From an uncultured virus (IMG/VR IMGVR_UViG_3300030294_000815) (Duplodnaviria; Heunggongvirae; Uroviricota; Caudoviricetes): DNA of 64,000 nucleotides. A program made the translations under genes and the position numbers. The DNA is taken from IMG/VR virus record IMGVR_UViG_3300030294_000815, one strand, 5' to 3'. This document shows positions 10,604-20,741 of this stretch, piece after piece (positions within the stretch are counted from its first letter, which is position 1; each line of letters starts with the position of its first letter). The notes beneath the pieces were generated by a model that saw nothing but the letters and a program-made list of their open reading frames with translations, made no database searches and was not told the origin of the DNA.

Positions 10604-11157
10604 GGCTGAATATGACGAAATACGGAACTCTCTTTTTCTGTAAAATAAAATGCAAAATATTTACATTGTAAATCTATGTTAAACTTACAATTATTTCAAA
10701 AAATAATTCAATACTGTCTACATAAAATTAAACAGCCTACAAAACGCTACTACAGGAATATATTGTCAATACAGAGTAAATCAGAGAAAAGGAAGGTTCC
10801 CCGCAAGTATTTAAGAGCAAAATCTAGCCGATTTATTTTGCTACAAGGCTGAATATGAACGAATACAGCGATATTTGGTAAGCCATTTTTCCCATGGATT
10901 CACTTTAAAAATGCACCTCACAGTACTAGCACTTTTTATTTTGTTGTCCAAGAAAAAAAGCTGTTCCAAGCTCCCGTGATTTTTTTCGGTGCGTGTGGGA
11001 AAAAATAACTACAGCAACTAAACTAGATAAACAAGTTAAAGCAAATAGAATCGTAACTAAAGTATAATAGTATTATACTTATATAGTATATATATAATAT
11101 ATTATTAATAATAGTTATATATATTATATATAGTTATATATCTTTATCTTTTAAATA
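10604..11157 (+). repeat. origin-like element L (diverged inverted repeat of 36682-37260)
   Basis: Colinear conserved blocks, an internal GGCTGAATATGA duplicate and a terminal AT-rich tract. Confidence 0.75.
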
Positions 11158-11177
11158 AAGAGTTTCCATTTAGTTCC

Positions 11178-11219
11178 AAAAAAGAAGCTACGAAGAATTA
11201 ACCTCGTAGCTTCTTTTTT
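11178..11219 (-). terminator. terminator of the late/lysis operon
   Basis: AAAAAGAAGCTACGA...TCGTAGCTTCTTTTT. Confidence 0.75.
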
Positions 11220-11220
11220 A

Positions 11221-11475
11221 TTATTTTTTAAGCTTTGCTAACTGTGCTACAATCTGCGTTGATGCTTTTGCAGCTTCTAAAGATACGGCCAAAATATATA
11301 CTGTATCCCGGAACTGCACCCAGCTTGATTTTGTTGTAGCAATTTCTTCGGTCCATGCTGCAATCTTTTTCTGCACTGCTGTAGATAAGGCATCGGTCGC
11401 ACTGCCACTTGCTAAATCAATAATTGTGTTTGTCACCGTTGTAAGTGTGCTTGTATCTGTAGTCGTGTCGCTCAT
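11221..11475 (-). CDS. small lysis-module protein
   Basis: GGAGG RBS; last gene of the late operon. Confidence 0.65.
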   Translation of the reverse strand: MSDTTTDTSTLTTVTNTIIDLASGSATDALSTAVQKKIAAWTEEIATTKSSWVQFRDTVYILAVSLEAAKASTQIVAQLAKLKK

Positions 11476-11490
11476 AATAAATTCCTCCTA

Positions 11491-11745
11491 TTATTTTGTG
11501 ATTAATGGAATAAGTACATAGACCATGTTGAAAAGTCCGCTTACGGCTGCCGCTGAAATAACAGTTGCCACGGGAACCGAAACCCCGTGATTGACTAACA
11601 GATTTTTGTTAAAGTCAATCAGTGTCGTTTTGATTTTCTCGATAGTTGAAGGCGCGCTCACTACAGCCTCGGTTTGTTGCTGTAGAATTGTCGCTTTCAA
11701 TTGGTCCGGTGTCATTGCGTTTAACTGTTCTTGTGTGTAAATCAT
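11491..11745 (-). CDS. small membrane protein of the lysis module
   Basis: C-terminal hydrophobic segment; start overlaps the upstream stop. Confidence 0.65.
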   Translation of the reverse strand: MIYTQEQLNAMTPDQLKATILQQQTEAVVSAPSTIEKIKTTLIDFNKNLLVNHGVSVPVATVISAAAVSGLFNMVYVLIPLITK

Positions 11746-12305
11746 TCGAAAACTCCCTTTCTTATTCGTTCGGTTATATCTATTGCATGGAATGTATTAA
11801 CGAGTTCTTTGTACAATCTCTCAGGGGTTATAGACCCCGCTTTTAGACCGGGTAATACATTTATACCCATTGCTCGTAAAATCCTCGCAGAAGCCTCGCT
11901 ACAGTCCATAGTTAAGGCTGTGTCGGGAACACTGAACCCCGTCAATTCATAAATTCCACCTTCAATGCAATCAACATAGCCATAGATCGTTCCGCGTAAT
12001 TTCCATGCTAGTTGTACACCATCCTCATAGTTTTGTACGTCAATTTGTACAAATTTTGCACATACGTCTGCCTGCCATTTGTTTACGTCGTGGTCCCAAA
12101 ACCCCGGATACCTGTCACCGTCTTTATTTGTTCCCTCAGCTTCCCACGTTCGCAGATTGCCCTTTTTATCGGGCAGGATAGAGAATGCATGGCTTATATT
12201 ATCCGCAAGAGCATTAGAAGCTGTTTCAATCACACCATCGACAAACGTAAACCCGCCAACGAAACCGAATATCGCTTTCGCCATACTTAAGCCCCTTTTC
12301 GCCAT
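11742..12305 (-). CDS. permuted papain-like (YiiX/YebB-type NlpC/P60) amidase
   Basis: N-terminal SHAF..TWEA, C-terminal DCSE and ITP..L motifs. Confidence 0.55.
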   Translation of the reverse strand: MAKRGLSMAKAIFGFVGGFTFVDGVIETASNALADNISHAFSILPDKKGNLRTWEAEGTNKDGDRYPGFWDHDVNKWQADVCAKFVQIDVQNYEDGVQLAWKLRGTIYGYVDCIEGGIYELTGFSVPDTALTMDCSEASARILRAMGINVLPGLKAGSITPERLYKELVNTFHAIDITERIRKGVFE

Positions 12306-12847
12306 TTGATCTGATAGAAAATACCTTTACCACGAACTGTATGACCACCCTCGCCGTCAGCTAGCCCTGGCATGACCCATAAGTCCCACCGTGTTTCGGG
12401 GTCTCCTGAGCCTAAACCGTAGCCGTCAATGTTAGCTGCTTCTGCGTGCGTCAAGAAAAAGTCTGTCGTTAATTCTCGCTCGAATACGTTGCCAAGAACA
12501 GCTACAGCCTGTGCCATCGATTCGACCTGTAAAGCTGTAGGTGGAAATTCGCCTAAATCATTTTCAGTAGCATTGAGACAAGCTGCAAATGCAAGCCCGA
12601 TCGCACCTGAATTTCTATGCCAAGTATGTTCCAAAAGATCAGCAAAACTGTTGATATCAGTGAAATAGCGGCCCTGATCGTCAATGTTAATGTGGTAATC
12701 GCTGAAAAACTGATTATACCTGCCGGCTGACCAGTGGCCGTAAACCATTACCGGTCTGTCATGTTCCGCGGCTGCGCTTTCTACAGCTTCTTTGCTATCA
12801 AGTGCCATTTGCTTAATTTCCGCTAATGTTATTTGTCTAAATCCCAT
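12287..12847 (-). CDS. endolysin, N-acetylmuramoyl-L-alanine amidase (Amidase_2-like)
   Basis: HWSAG, YHINID..G, HTWHRNS..IG and THAE motifs. Confidence 0.8.
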   Translation of the reverse strand: MGFRQITLAEIKQMALDSKEAVESAAAEHDRPVMVYGHWSAGRYNQFFSDYHINIDDQGRYFTDINSFADLLEHTWHRNSGAIGLAFAACLNATENDLGEFPPTALQVESMAQAVAVLGNVFERELTTDFFLTHAEAANIDGYGLGSGDPETRWDLWVMPGLADGEGGHTVRGKGIFYQIKWRKGA

Positions 12848-12862
12848 AAAATCATACCCTTT

Positions 12863-13204
12863 CTACGTCATATTTAATTTGTGCTTAATGTCTTCAATAT
12901 CGCCATGAGTTCCCTTTAAATCACCCCGTATACGAATGAGTTCCTCCTGAATGGCTGTAGCTTTTTCGTCATGCTTTATCATTGTATCCGCTTGTAGTTT
13001 GATGGCTTCTTGTACCGTTGTGAGGGCCTTTGTGCTATTATCTACAGCCTGCTTAAGCTCCGCAAGTAAAACACAGAGCTTTTCGAGAATGGGAGGCAAT
13101 TTCCTAATTAAGTAAATCGCCCCCCATACCACGACTACCGATATAAGCGCCTGAATGGGAATGGATACGGCTTGCTGTGTTGTGAGCCATGTTGTACTAT
13201 CCAT
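12863..13204 (-). CDS. putative holin
   Basis: Single N-terminal TM helix plus coiled coil, immediately upstream of the endolysin. Confidence 0.55.
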   Translation of the reverse strand: MDSTTWLTTQQAVSIPIQALISVVVVWGAIYLIRKLPPILEKLCVLLAELKQAVDNSTKALTTVQEAIKLQADTMIKHDEKATAIQEELIRIRGDLKGTHGDIEDIKHKLNMT

Positions 13205-13219
13205 AAAATCCTCCTTTGT

Positions 13220-14608
13220 TTATAGCGCTTCCATCTTGAATGAATACACGTCCATACCGACCAACTTGCCGTGTAAGTAACTTGTATTACCGAAATTAGG
13301 GTTTATCCCGACGCCTGCATGCGTAGGTGTGATGTAAGAGTCAGACGCTTCGCTGTATATGTCTGTCCAAAAGTCGCCTGTATTACTTACGGCCCATGTA
13401 CGCGTAGTTCCGTTATCGGTAATGCGCAACCAAAAATTTAGGTTAGCAAATACGGCTACGCCCGAAACACCATTCCAAGTGTCGTCATCAGAAAAGTAGT
13501 TTTTGTTAAAACCAACGCCGTTATCGTTGCCTAGCCAAATTGCAGATGATTTTCCTGAAACGCTATCCCGAATAATTACGCCCATCATGCCCCATTGTTC
13601 CAAAGGTGTAAATCGTCTGATTCTAGTAGTTAATTGCCAACCGCCCGGCCCTCTTGTGATAGGCTTTAACGCATAGCTTAAAACATTAGTGTTTGAGGAC
13701 GTGCCTATGCCAACGATTCTAATGCCGTTTTCAGTGTTTGAGATGTAGCCGCCCGTAGGTTCTTTTATTGTTGCGAAGTCAACTATTTGCGGTTTTGTGA
13801 AGGCCGCTTCCATTGATCCGCCGTTTAAGGTGTTGGGAAGATTAGGAAACACAATGCCTGCGAAAACTGTTCCTGTTCCTGAGTCTGTCGTTGTGGCAGT
13901 CAGTGTCACTGATGTTTTTTCAGAAAAGTTATCCTTAAAAGAAATAACAGAGTGATTTGTATATTGTGCATTGTTCATTTCCTGTATATTATCTCCACTT
14001 AGCACAGGCTTTGTTGTTCCGCCGTAGAAGGAAAACATACCTACTATAAGCCCCGAGGTAGCTACAGCCAAACTTTCAAAAGTCGTATCAAGTGTTCCAG
14101 ATACCACAAGAGTCGTAATGTCTTTTAGTATCGAATTGCGTTGTGTCGTAATGTCCCGTGGTAATCCTGCGACTTCAAATAACGCAACAGCGCCATTTAC
14201 ACTCGAATCAAAAGGAGTTGTTGTGTCGCCGTCCACCGCGAATCTGTATAACAATCTGATGTTATCTTTTGTTGCTGTAGGTGTTCCATTAAGATAAATC
14301 CATCCTGACGGCGAGGCATAACTACCTTCCCAATGTGCCACACAAGCAATTAGCATGTTTCCGGTAGTAGGCGCACTTGCTAATATGGGATTACTGTTAA
14401 CATCAGTGCTCATAGCATGCTGAACTACAGTAGGTGTGTAGGACGTTGAGGGATTGCTACTGCCCCCGCCGGAAGTAATATTTCTTATTTTTGTCGGATA
14501 TGTTGAAAAAGCGTCGGTGTCTGCAACCGGGACGCCTTTTGCGATAATTGCAGCCTTTAGGGCTGCTTTTGTGCTATTAAGTAGCGTAAGACTCGCAGCA
14601 ATACTCAA
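13220..14608 (-). CDS. tail fibre / receptor-binding protein
   Basis: N-terminal KAALKAAIIAKGV...YPTKI anchor motif and beta-rich domains; last tail gene. Confidence 0.65.
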   Translation of the reverse strand: MSIAASLTLLNSTKAALKAAIIAKGVPVADTDAFSTYPTKIRNITSGGGSSNPSTSYTPTVVQHAMSTDVNSNPILASAPTTGNMLIACVAHWEGSYASPSGWIYLNGTPTATKDNIRLLYRFAVDGDTTTPFDSSVNGAVALFEVAGLPRDITTQRNSILKDITTLVVSGTLDTTFESLAVATSGLIVGMFSFYGGTTKPVLSGDNIQEMNNAQYTNHSVISFKDNFSEKTSVTLTATTTDSGTGTVFAGIVFPNLPNTLNGGSMEAAFTKPQIVDFATIKEPTGGYISNTENGIRIVGIGTSSNTNVLSYALKPITRGPGGWQLTTRIRRFTPLEQWGMMGVIIRDSVSGKSSAIWLGNDNGVGFNKNYFSDDDTWNGVSGVAVFANLNFWLRITDNGTTRTWAVSNTGDFWTDIYSEASDSYITPTHAGVGINPNFGNTSYLHGKLVGMDVYSFKMEAL

Positions 14609-15748
14609 TTAACTCACCCCGTTTATTGTGTTTAATGCCGTTTGCAGATCAGCAATAATCGTTGAATTTTTCCAAGTCGCGGCAACAGCATCATAAATGA
14701 TAATGTCATTTGAGGACACTGTCGTTAGCGTTACAGGTAATGCCCCAATATCCGAAGGTGACAAAGCATCTGCCCCGCCTGCGGCATGTGTGCTTTTATG
14801 CGCTGTAGGTGTAAACGTTTCCGGCTTATCCGTCACATTAGCATAAGCTACCGAATCGGCTGACGCCGCACGATCTACTACACCGTTGCCGTTCGTGTCA
14901 TAGACTGATTTTAGCATGTCACCTGTGCCTGAACCGCTTGCTCCATCAGCTCCTTTTTGTGCAAGGACAAACCAGGTATTGTCGTCGGTTCCTGGCGTAA
15001 CACCTGTGCTAGCGACCAGTGCTAAATAAGATGTTCCGTTTAAAGTTACGGCATCATGTAAAACATAGTCTGTAGTCGCACTGTATGTTTTACGCCATTT
15101 TATACCCGGTGCCCCATCAGCGCCTGCTGTTCCCGTATCACCCTTAACGCCTGCCGTTCCGGTGTCGCCTTTATCGCCTTTATCGCCTTTCGCTCCTGTT
15201 GCACCCGCGGTTCCGGTGTCGCCTTTATCGCCTTTTGAACTTAATATACTCCATTTATTGCTATCAGTTCCCGGCGTAACACCTGTCGAAGCAGCTACAG
15301 CAATATATGCTGACCCTTCATAGTACACACCGTCAAACTCAACATACGCGGTCGCTGGGTTATAGGCATTTTTCCATGAAGTAATACCAGTTGAACTCGA
15401 ACCGCCGCTTCCTGACCATGTGATCCAAGCAGCATCATAATACTTGAAAACTTTAGCGGTTTTTTCCCAAACAAGAAGACCGCTGAAAGGCTGGTAAAAA
15501 GTCCAAGAGCCACCGATATATTGTGCTAAGTACGCGTCTTTTCCTGACCACGCCCCTGTGGCACCTGTCGCAATAATATACAGGCTTCCTTCGACAGGCG
15601 TAGTAGGTGGCGCAGTTAAAGCGGAATTTTCGGCCGCTGCCTGTAAAAGCGCATCTACTATCTTAAGGCTTTCGTTATGGGTTATTTCTTTTGACGCCTG
15701 TGCTTGTACTATATAAGGCATATTAAATCTAGGTGTTTCATCACTCAT
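14609..15748 (-). CDS. DUF2793 tail fibre with collagen-like and duplicated carbohydrate-binding-like repeats
   Basis: QAQASKEITHNE...ATGAWSG DUF2793 signature; (GDK/GDT/GAA)n; two ASTGVTPGTD..W repeats. Confidence 0.8.
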   Translation of the reverse strand: MSDETPRFNMPYIVQAQASKEITHNESLKIVDALLQAAAENSALTAPPTTPVEGSLYIIATGATGAWSGKDAYLAQYIGGSWTFYQPFSGLLVWEKTAKVFKYYDAAWITWSGSGGSSSTGITSWKNAYNPATAYVEFDGVYYEGSAYIAVAASTGVTPGTDSNKWSILSSKGDKGDTGTAGATGAKGDKGDKGDTGTAGVKGDTGTAGADGAPGIKWRKTYSATTDYVLHDAVTLNGTSYLALVASTGVTPGTDDNTWFVLAQKGADGASGSGTGDMLKSVYDTNGNGVVDRAASADSVAYANVTDKPETFTPTAHKSTHAAGGADALSPSDIGALPVTLTTVSSNDIIIYDAVAATWKNSTIIADLQTALNTINGVS

Positions 15749-17967
15749 AGTGTAACGTCCTTTCCATATCCTCTACCTCTTGTTTCGTTCATCTGATAAA
15801 TAACAAAGCGCACTGCACTTTGAACTGAACCAAAATCAGCAATCTGCTGTGCCTGTGTATACAATAAAGACGGCGTTGTCACAGCTACTGTTCTGACCGC
15901 AGTTCCGTTTCTATACACGTCGATCGAATATGCTTCGGTAGCTTCTCCTAAAGATGCATCTACGTAGTCATTCCATTCGCCCCCGGTTCTCGTTCGGCGT
16001 ATCCAGGAAACATTTAAGTCCCCGCTATCTCTTACGGCTTTTGCATGACAAGGTGCGAGACATTTACTCATGACGCCTTGTCCGGTAAAGTCTTTTTTGA
16101 CATAAGTATCTGCTGTTTCAACCTGTGTCTTAGGCCCGATTAAGTAGCTGTAGGACGTGTGCCAACTTGCAGCCGGTAATGTTATTCCCCCCAGCGTTCC
16201 TTCTGCCAGTAGCACGAATCGTTCGCCTGCAAGATGCTGCGAAATAGCACTCTCTGTACCGAACATACCTCTTATAAACTCGGTTAATTTGTACGTATTC
16301 CCGCTGACTAATAGAGCATTTTTAAACGAAACAATTTCGTTTCCAATAAGGGCTAAATTTGCGTTTTGTAAGAAATTAAGCTGTTCGATACTCGCCAATG
16401 TTCCCGCAATAAGGGTAACGTTTATGCTTGTAGTATGATCGAATAGCTGTGCAGATTCTTGAGCCATTTGTTCGGCTACCGTTCCCATTACAGCTTTTGG
16501 ATTGTTGTATACGACGAGATCGTACTCGTTGCCGTTATCTTTCGATTGGAAAACATTAGCACCAACATAAATATCCCCCGTTGTTGCAATATACACTGTG
16601 TTATCATCCGTTGTTTTTGTATCTCCCGGCAGTTTTGGTAAGTCCATAATTTCTGCTGTAACATCAGTTGGGACTGTAACAGTCTGTGCACTATTTGTGC
16701 TGTCTGCATATTTAGGGGCTATGGTATACATATCGGCCGTGACGACAACACATTCAACTTTGACTAGACCCGGATCACCGAAGGTTACTTTCTTTAAAAG
16801 AAACAGTACCTTAAGACCTGATGAAAAAGTAACTTCGATTTTATCGCCCGGTTTTAGATGTGCCCACTTGCTCGACAGTGTAGCCGAAAACGATCTTCCG
16901 CTTATCCACTGAGCATATAAAAGCGTATCTACTACAGCCTTTGCGTCTGCATCGTGTAGTGCAAAATTAGCCGTAACCGTAATATCATCTGTGCTAATGA
17001 CATTTCTACGTTTGGCAGTTATCGAACCTTGCTGGTAGTCATTTTCGTAGGATAAGAAATTGAGCGTTACACTACGCGGCATATCATAATCAGAGGGGTT
17101 ATTGAAGTTATACGGTTCATCGGAAGGTGTTGACTCAAAAGCACCTAAATCCTCATAAGGAACTGCATAAACATTCGAGAAATTACTTCGTTTTATAAAT
17201 TCAAGTACACCATCATTTTCACGACCGTCGAATATGAAATAGTTCTGTAGATTTTGTAGCTTTTCCCGTCCTGTCTGACTGGTATCGGTTTTAAATCCAA
17301 GAAGACTTACACTTTCAAGATCGCTGACAACCAATTGAGCCGCATCAATACCGTGTTCCATGCATACATCTGCCACAATATCAGATAGCTTCGTTACAGG
17401 TGTAAAAACTTCTATGGCTAAACTAGGAACACGATTTCCGTATGTGGTGATACTCATATTTTTAAAGACTATATAAGCTAAGCCGCGATGTGCTGGAACA
17501 TTGCCCGCGCCCTGTTTGGCTTCGATATAAGGATCAGGCATTTGCGTTTCATCACCCAAATACAGTGAATAGTCATACTGTGATATATCGATTAGATTTC
17601 CATCAGCCCACACCCGACCTATACCTGATATAGGACCACGGCAAATAGCCACAGCAAACGAGCACGAATATGTGTATGATGTGTATGTAGAACCACCGCC
17701 CTTGCCGCCGGATCGCTGTTTATTAGCATGTTCTACAAAGTGTGTTCCCCATATCAAGTTTGTTTCACAGCGTATACTGCCATAGCACTTAGGTATGGCT
17801 ACGCCTGCGCTTGACGACTGAATAGTTAAAGCTGATAATCGATCGCCTTGTACATTTGTCCCGAACCACTTGCTATCAAGATAATTGCCAAGTAAAGCGC
17901 CTGCTGCCATGAATACCCAATTCCAACCGTTAGCTGCCCCGATTGCTTGTATTGCCATTGTGGCCAT
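15745..17967 (-). CDS. GTA-like host-specificity / central tail protein (Phage-tail_3, megatron-like)
   Basis: SFAVAICRGPI..IGRVWADG, PAHRGLAYIVF, GNRVPSL and WIRRTR motifs; start taken at MATMA. Confidence 0.85.
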   Translation of the reverse strand: MATMAIQAIGAANGWNWVFMAAGALLGNYLDSKWFGTNVQGDRLSALTIQSSSAGVAIPKCYGSIRCETNLIWGTHFVEHANKQRSGGKGGGSTYTSYTYSCSFAVAICRGPISGIGRVWADGNLIDISQYDYSLYLGDETQMPDPYIEAKQGAGNVPAHRGLAYIVFKNMSITTYGNRVPSLAIEVFTPVTKLSDIVADVCMEHGIDAAQLVVSDLESVSLLGFKTDTSQTGREKLQNLQNYFIFDGRENDGVLEFIKRSNFSNVYAVPYEDLGAFESTPSDEPYNFNNPSDYDMPRSVTLNFLSYENDYQQGSITAKRRNVISTDDITVTANFALHDADAKAVVDTLLYAQWISGRSFSATLSSKWAHLKPGDKIEVTFSSGLKVLFLLKKVTFGDPGLVKVECVVVTADMYTIAPKYADSTNSAQTVTVPTDVTAEIMDLPKLPGDTKTTDDNTVYIATTGDIYVGANVFQSKDNGNEYDLVVYNNPKAVMGTVAEQMAQESAQLFDHTTSINVTLIAGTLASIEQLNFLQNANLALIGNEIVSFKNALLVSGNTYKLTEFIRGMFGTESAISQHLAGERFVLLAEGTLGGITLPAASWHTSYSYLIGPKTQVETADTYVKKDFTGQGVMSKCLAPCHAKAVRDSGDLNVSWIRRTRTGGEWNDYVDASLGEATEAYSIDVYRNGTAVRTVAVTTPSLLYTQAQQIADFGSVQSAVRFVIYQMNETRGRGYGKDVTL

Positions 17968-18416
17968 TAGTCCACCAACTCTCTGAACCTGAACGCAAAA
18001 CGAATTTGTTCCCGCCATTGTTTGGTGCCCTTGTAAGGCGAGTCAAATCGTGTTAATGCAACAATACCCGCGGTTTCCCACGAGTGAATAAACTCTGTAT
18101 TACTTATTTTTATGGCCATATGAAAAGCCGGACCTTTACCGAAGAAGAAAAGTAATACGTCGCCTTCCTTGGCATCGTCTACTTTTATTTCGTCCATGAC
18201 CTTTAAACATTCACCGTATAACCGTTCTTCTTCATGGTATAAAGGCCAGTGTCTTTGGTAATCTGTAGGGACGTCGAGTACGCCGCCTGTAACTTGTTTA
18301 TGCACACCGCGGATAAGGCCTACGCAATCACAAGCCACGTTTTCAACGCTGGCCTGGTGTTGCCATCGTAAGCCTAACCAGGATAACGCTGCCTTTACTA
18401 TTTCTTTTCGGTACAT
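17967..18416 (-). CDS. NlpC/P60 tail-tip peptidase (GTA-like)
   Basis: WLG..WQHQA..CDCVGLIRGV, GDVLLF, H...FIHS motifs. Confidence 0.85.
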   Translation of the reverse strand: MYRKEIVKAALSWLGLRWQHQASVENVACDCVGLIRGVHKQVTGGVLDVPTDYQRHWPLYHEEERLYGECLKVMDEIKVDDAKEGDVLLFFFGKGPAFHMAIKISNTEFIHSWETAGIVALTRFDSPYKGTKQWREQIRFAFRFRELVD

Positions 18417-18428
18417 AAACTTTTCCTC

Positions 18429-20741
18429 CTAACTGCGTTGTCTCGCATAAACCATTCGGCCTACGAAAGCCTCGTCTGTAACTACATTTGTGTCATTCAT
18501 GATAAACACACCGTTTGCATAGTTGGTAACGGCATAACGTGTAGCTTCCGAACTGCCAAACTGTAGCGTGCCTCCATCGAATAACCCTGAAGCATTTGTC
18601 AAATTTGTCGTGATAGTGTTGGCCACGCTGTCTACAGCCACTATAGTTCCCGCGACACCTATCGTATTAATGTCATCGCCCGTGTTTGTATACGTTATGT
18701 CCTCTGCAGTGGTATTCGACGGGATTACGTAACTTGTCATGTAGTCATTGCCGGGGATATACGGTTCTCCTCTAAAATGTAAAACATTATTATAGACGTT
18801 TTTGCATGTAGATAAGTTTCCGTCACAGCCTGACGTTATCTTCACAGCATCACCTACGTTTATAGGGAACATGGTAGGTACGGCCAAAGTGATAGTAACA
18901 GTAGCTGCTGCATTTTGCGTGGCTGACTTTATTTCGTAGCCTATATCTTTATTCTTACCGTTTATAAAGTAACAGTAGCCGTTTCCGTGATAAGTGTTAA
19001 GAGTAAAATCTGCGAGACTTATCGTGAACTCTTTATTTGTTAAAGTGACACCTGCTACATAACGTACGCCTTCGCTGCCCCACGTAACCCCTACACCTTG
19101 TTTAGATATAGCCGATATTGACGCCCACTTTGTATTGGCTAAGTAGCAATCAGTAAACGTACATTGACTAATAAATACTACATAAGGAAAACTTGTTCCA
19201 TCAAAAGAACAATTTGAAAAAGTGCATAATGAAAACGTCATTGTTTCAATACGCATACCATCAAAAATGCAGTTAATAAATGTACATCTTGTAAAATTCT
19301 GATTTGAAATGGAGTGTGCGCTAAAGTCTTTATTTCTGTACACGGTATCAGTTACAGGAACGTCCACATTTACGTTAATCTGTATCGGTGTCGTTTGCAG
19401 TACGGGTTTAGTAATCGTCACGGAAACACCATAGCTTACAGCGTTTCCGTGATAACTACCATTGGTGGCTCTGTACGTAGCTAATAGCCTTTCATTTTCG
19501 TCTGCGTCCGATCCTGGTGTATTACGATTTGTGCTACTTATAACCAGCTCAAGTTCTTTTGCCGAATTAATAAATCTAGTCCACCAATAGCCTTTCATTG
19601 TTGTCAGACTATCTATTTCGCAGTCCTTGAAAGTAATATAGTCAAGCGTATTAACGTTAAGAACACAGTTCGTTATTAAGCTGTTTTCTATTACAGCCGA
19701 ATTGATAATGTCGGCATAACTAGAAGGAACATTTGTTGTCGTGTCTACAAGAGCTGTAGTTCCGTCGTTCTTTTTATAACTAGTGTCGCACTTATTAAAA
19801 ATCTCCACATTGTCAAAGATACAGTTTTCTATCTTTCTTGTGTTAAAATACAAGCCTGCGTAATTTGCAGCATTTCGGGTTAACTTTGCTTTGTCCATCG
19901 TTGTACGTCTAAACAAACAGCTATCAAAGCCACCTTCTAAGAAATTAGTTTCTAGTGCGTTAAACGAGGCCTCTGTGAAGTCACAATTGCTGTAGTAACA
20001 GTCTTTAAAGGCTCGTCCAATTGTAGCATTACGCATATTACAATTTGTAAATGTGGCATCATTCAAAGGGTACTGTGGGTCAGTTACGTTTGCTAGTACC
20101 GATTCGCGCATATCACAGCCAATAAAGCTGTTAGCTGCTGACAAATTACCTGCTGTATTTAACACCGTTCCTTTAAAATCGCATTGTTTAAACGAAGCAC
20201 CTGCTATCTGCGTGCCGTCAAAAAAGGCGTTTGCGAAACTACAGCGTTCAAAAGAACTAATGTTGTTTATAGCGCAATCGTTATCCCCGAAACTGGCCCG
20301 GCACGTCTTTTGATATACTTTTGAAGTAGTTTGTTGTAGCCTAACGGTCAGTCCTTCGACGGTAGCTTTAAATAGCTGTTCCCCTGAATCTATAGCGCCT
20401 ATCGTTCCTGATCTCAAGATCAAAGCGTCATGCGTAGTATCTGCGTAATCTACAAGAAAAACGCTAACTTGTGCACCCGCATACAGCCCTGCTTTTATGT
20501 CGTCCGCCGTTATTAAATCCGAAGTAATAACGCCGCTCGCGTCTAAATTATCGGTAGATAAATCACTATTCCCGTCTACCGAAGTAGGCGAGAATCCTGT
20601 AGCTGCCGTATACGTTACACCTTTATAAGTTATGTCTTCGTCGTGACTAGTAAAGCCGAACGATGTGCCATTTTTCAAGACTAATCGCCAGCACCAAGCC
20701 GCCGTTACAACATCATTTTGTAGCCATCCGTAATCCTTCAT
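18429..20741 (-). CDS. DUF2163/BR0599 baseplate hub protein with a large pentapeptide-repeat insertion
   Basis: GFTSHD, CRASFGDNDC and GCDG...C...N.LHFRGEPYIPG motifs; F..C.F repeats in between. Confidence 0.85.
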   Translation of the reverse strand: MKDYGWLQNDVVTAAWCWRLVLKNGTSFGFTSHDEDITYKGVTYTAATGFSPTSVDGNSDLSTDNLDASGVITSDLITADDIKAGLYAGAQVSVFLVDYADTTHDALILRSGTIGAIDSGEQLFKATVEGLTVRLQQTTSKVYQKTCRASFGDNDCAINNISSFERCSFANAFFDGTQIAGASFKQCDFKGTVLNTAGNLSAANSFIGCDMRESVLANVTDPQYPLNDATFTNCNMRNATIGRAFKDCYYSNCDFTEASFNALETNFLEGGFDSCLFRRTTMDKAKLTRNAANYAGLYFNTRKIENCIFDNVEIFNKCDTSYKKNDGTTALVDTTTNVPSSYADIINSAVIENSLITNCVLNVNTLDYITFKDCEIDSLTTMKGYWWTRFINSAKELELVISSTNRNTPGSDADENERLLATYRATNGSYHGNAVSYGVSVTITKPVLQTTPIQINVNVDVPVTDTVYRNKDFSAHSISNQNFTRCTFINCIFDGMRIETMTFSLCTFSNCSFDGTSFPYVVFISQCTFTDCYLANTKWASISAISKQGVGVTWGSEGVRYVAGVTLTNKEFTISLADFTLNTYHGNGYCYFINGKNKDIGYEIKSATQNAAATVTITLAVPTMFPINVGDAVKITSGCDGNLSTCKNVYNNVLHFRGEPYIPGNDYMTSYVIPSNTTAEDITYTNTGDDINTIGVAGTIVAVDSVANTITTNLTNASGLFDGGTLQFGSSEATRYAVTNYANGVFIMNDTNVVTDEAFVGRMVYARQRS

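Noticed and set aside
11060..11150. TATATA tract (also 36700-36785) as a microsatellite or assembly artefact
   Set aside because: Not a perfect repeat, and it is embedded at equivalent positions in two homologous elements
15110..15235. TCGCCTTTA tandem repeats
   Set aside because: They simply encode collagen-like G-D-K triplets
14980..15310. Diversity-generating retroelement TR/VR pair in the tail fibre
   Set aside because: The duplicated CCGGCGTAACACCTGT-type segments are both in-frame protein repeats, and no reverse transcriptase is present in the window
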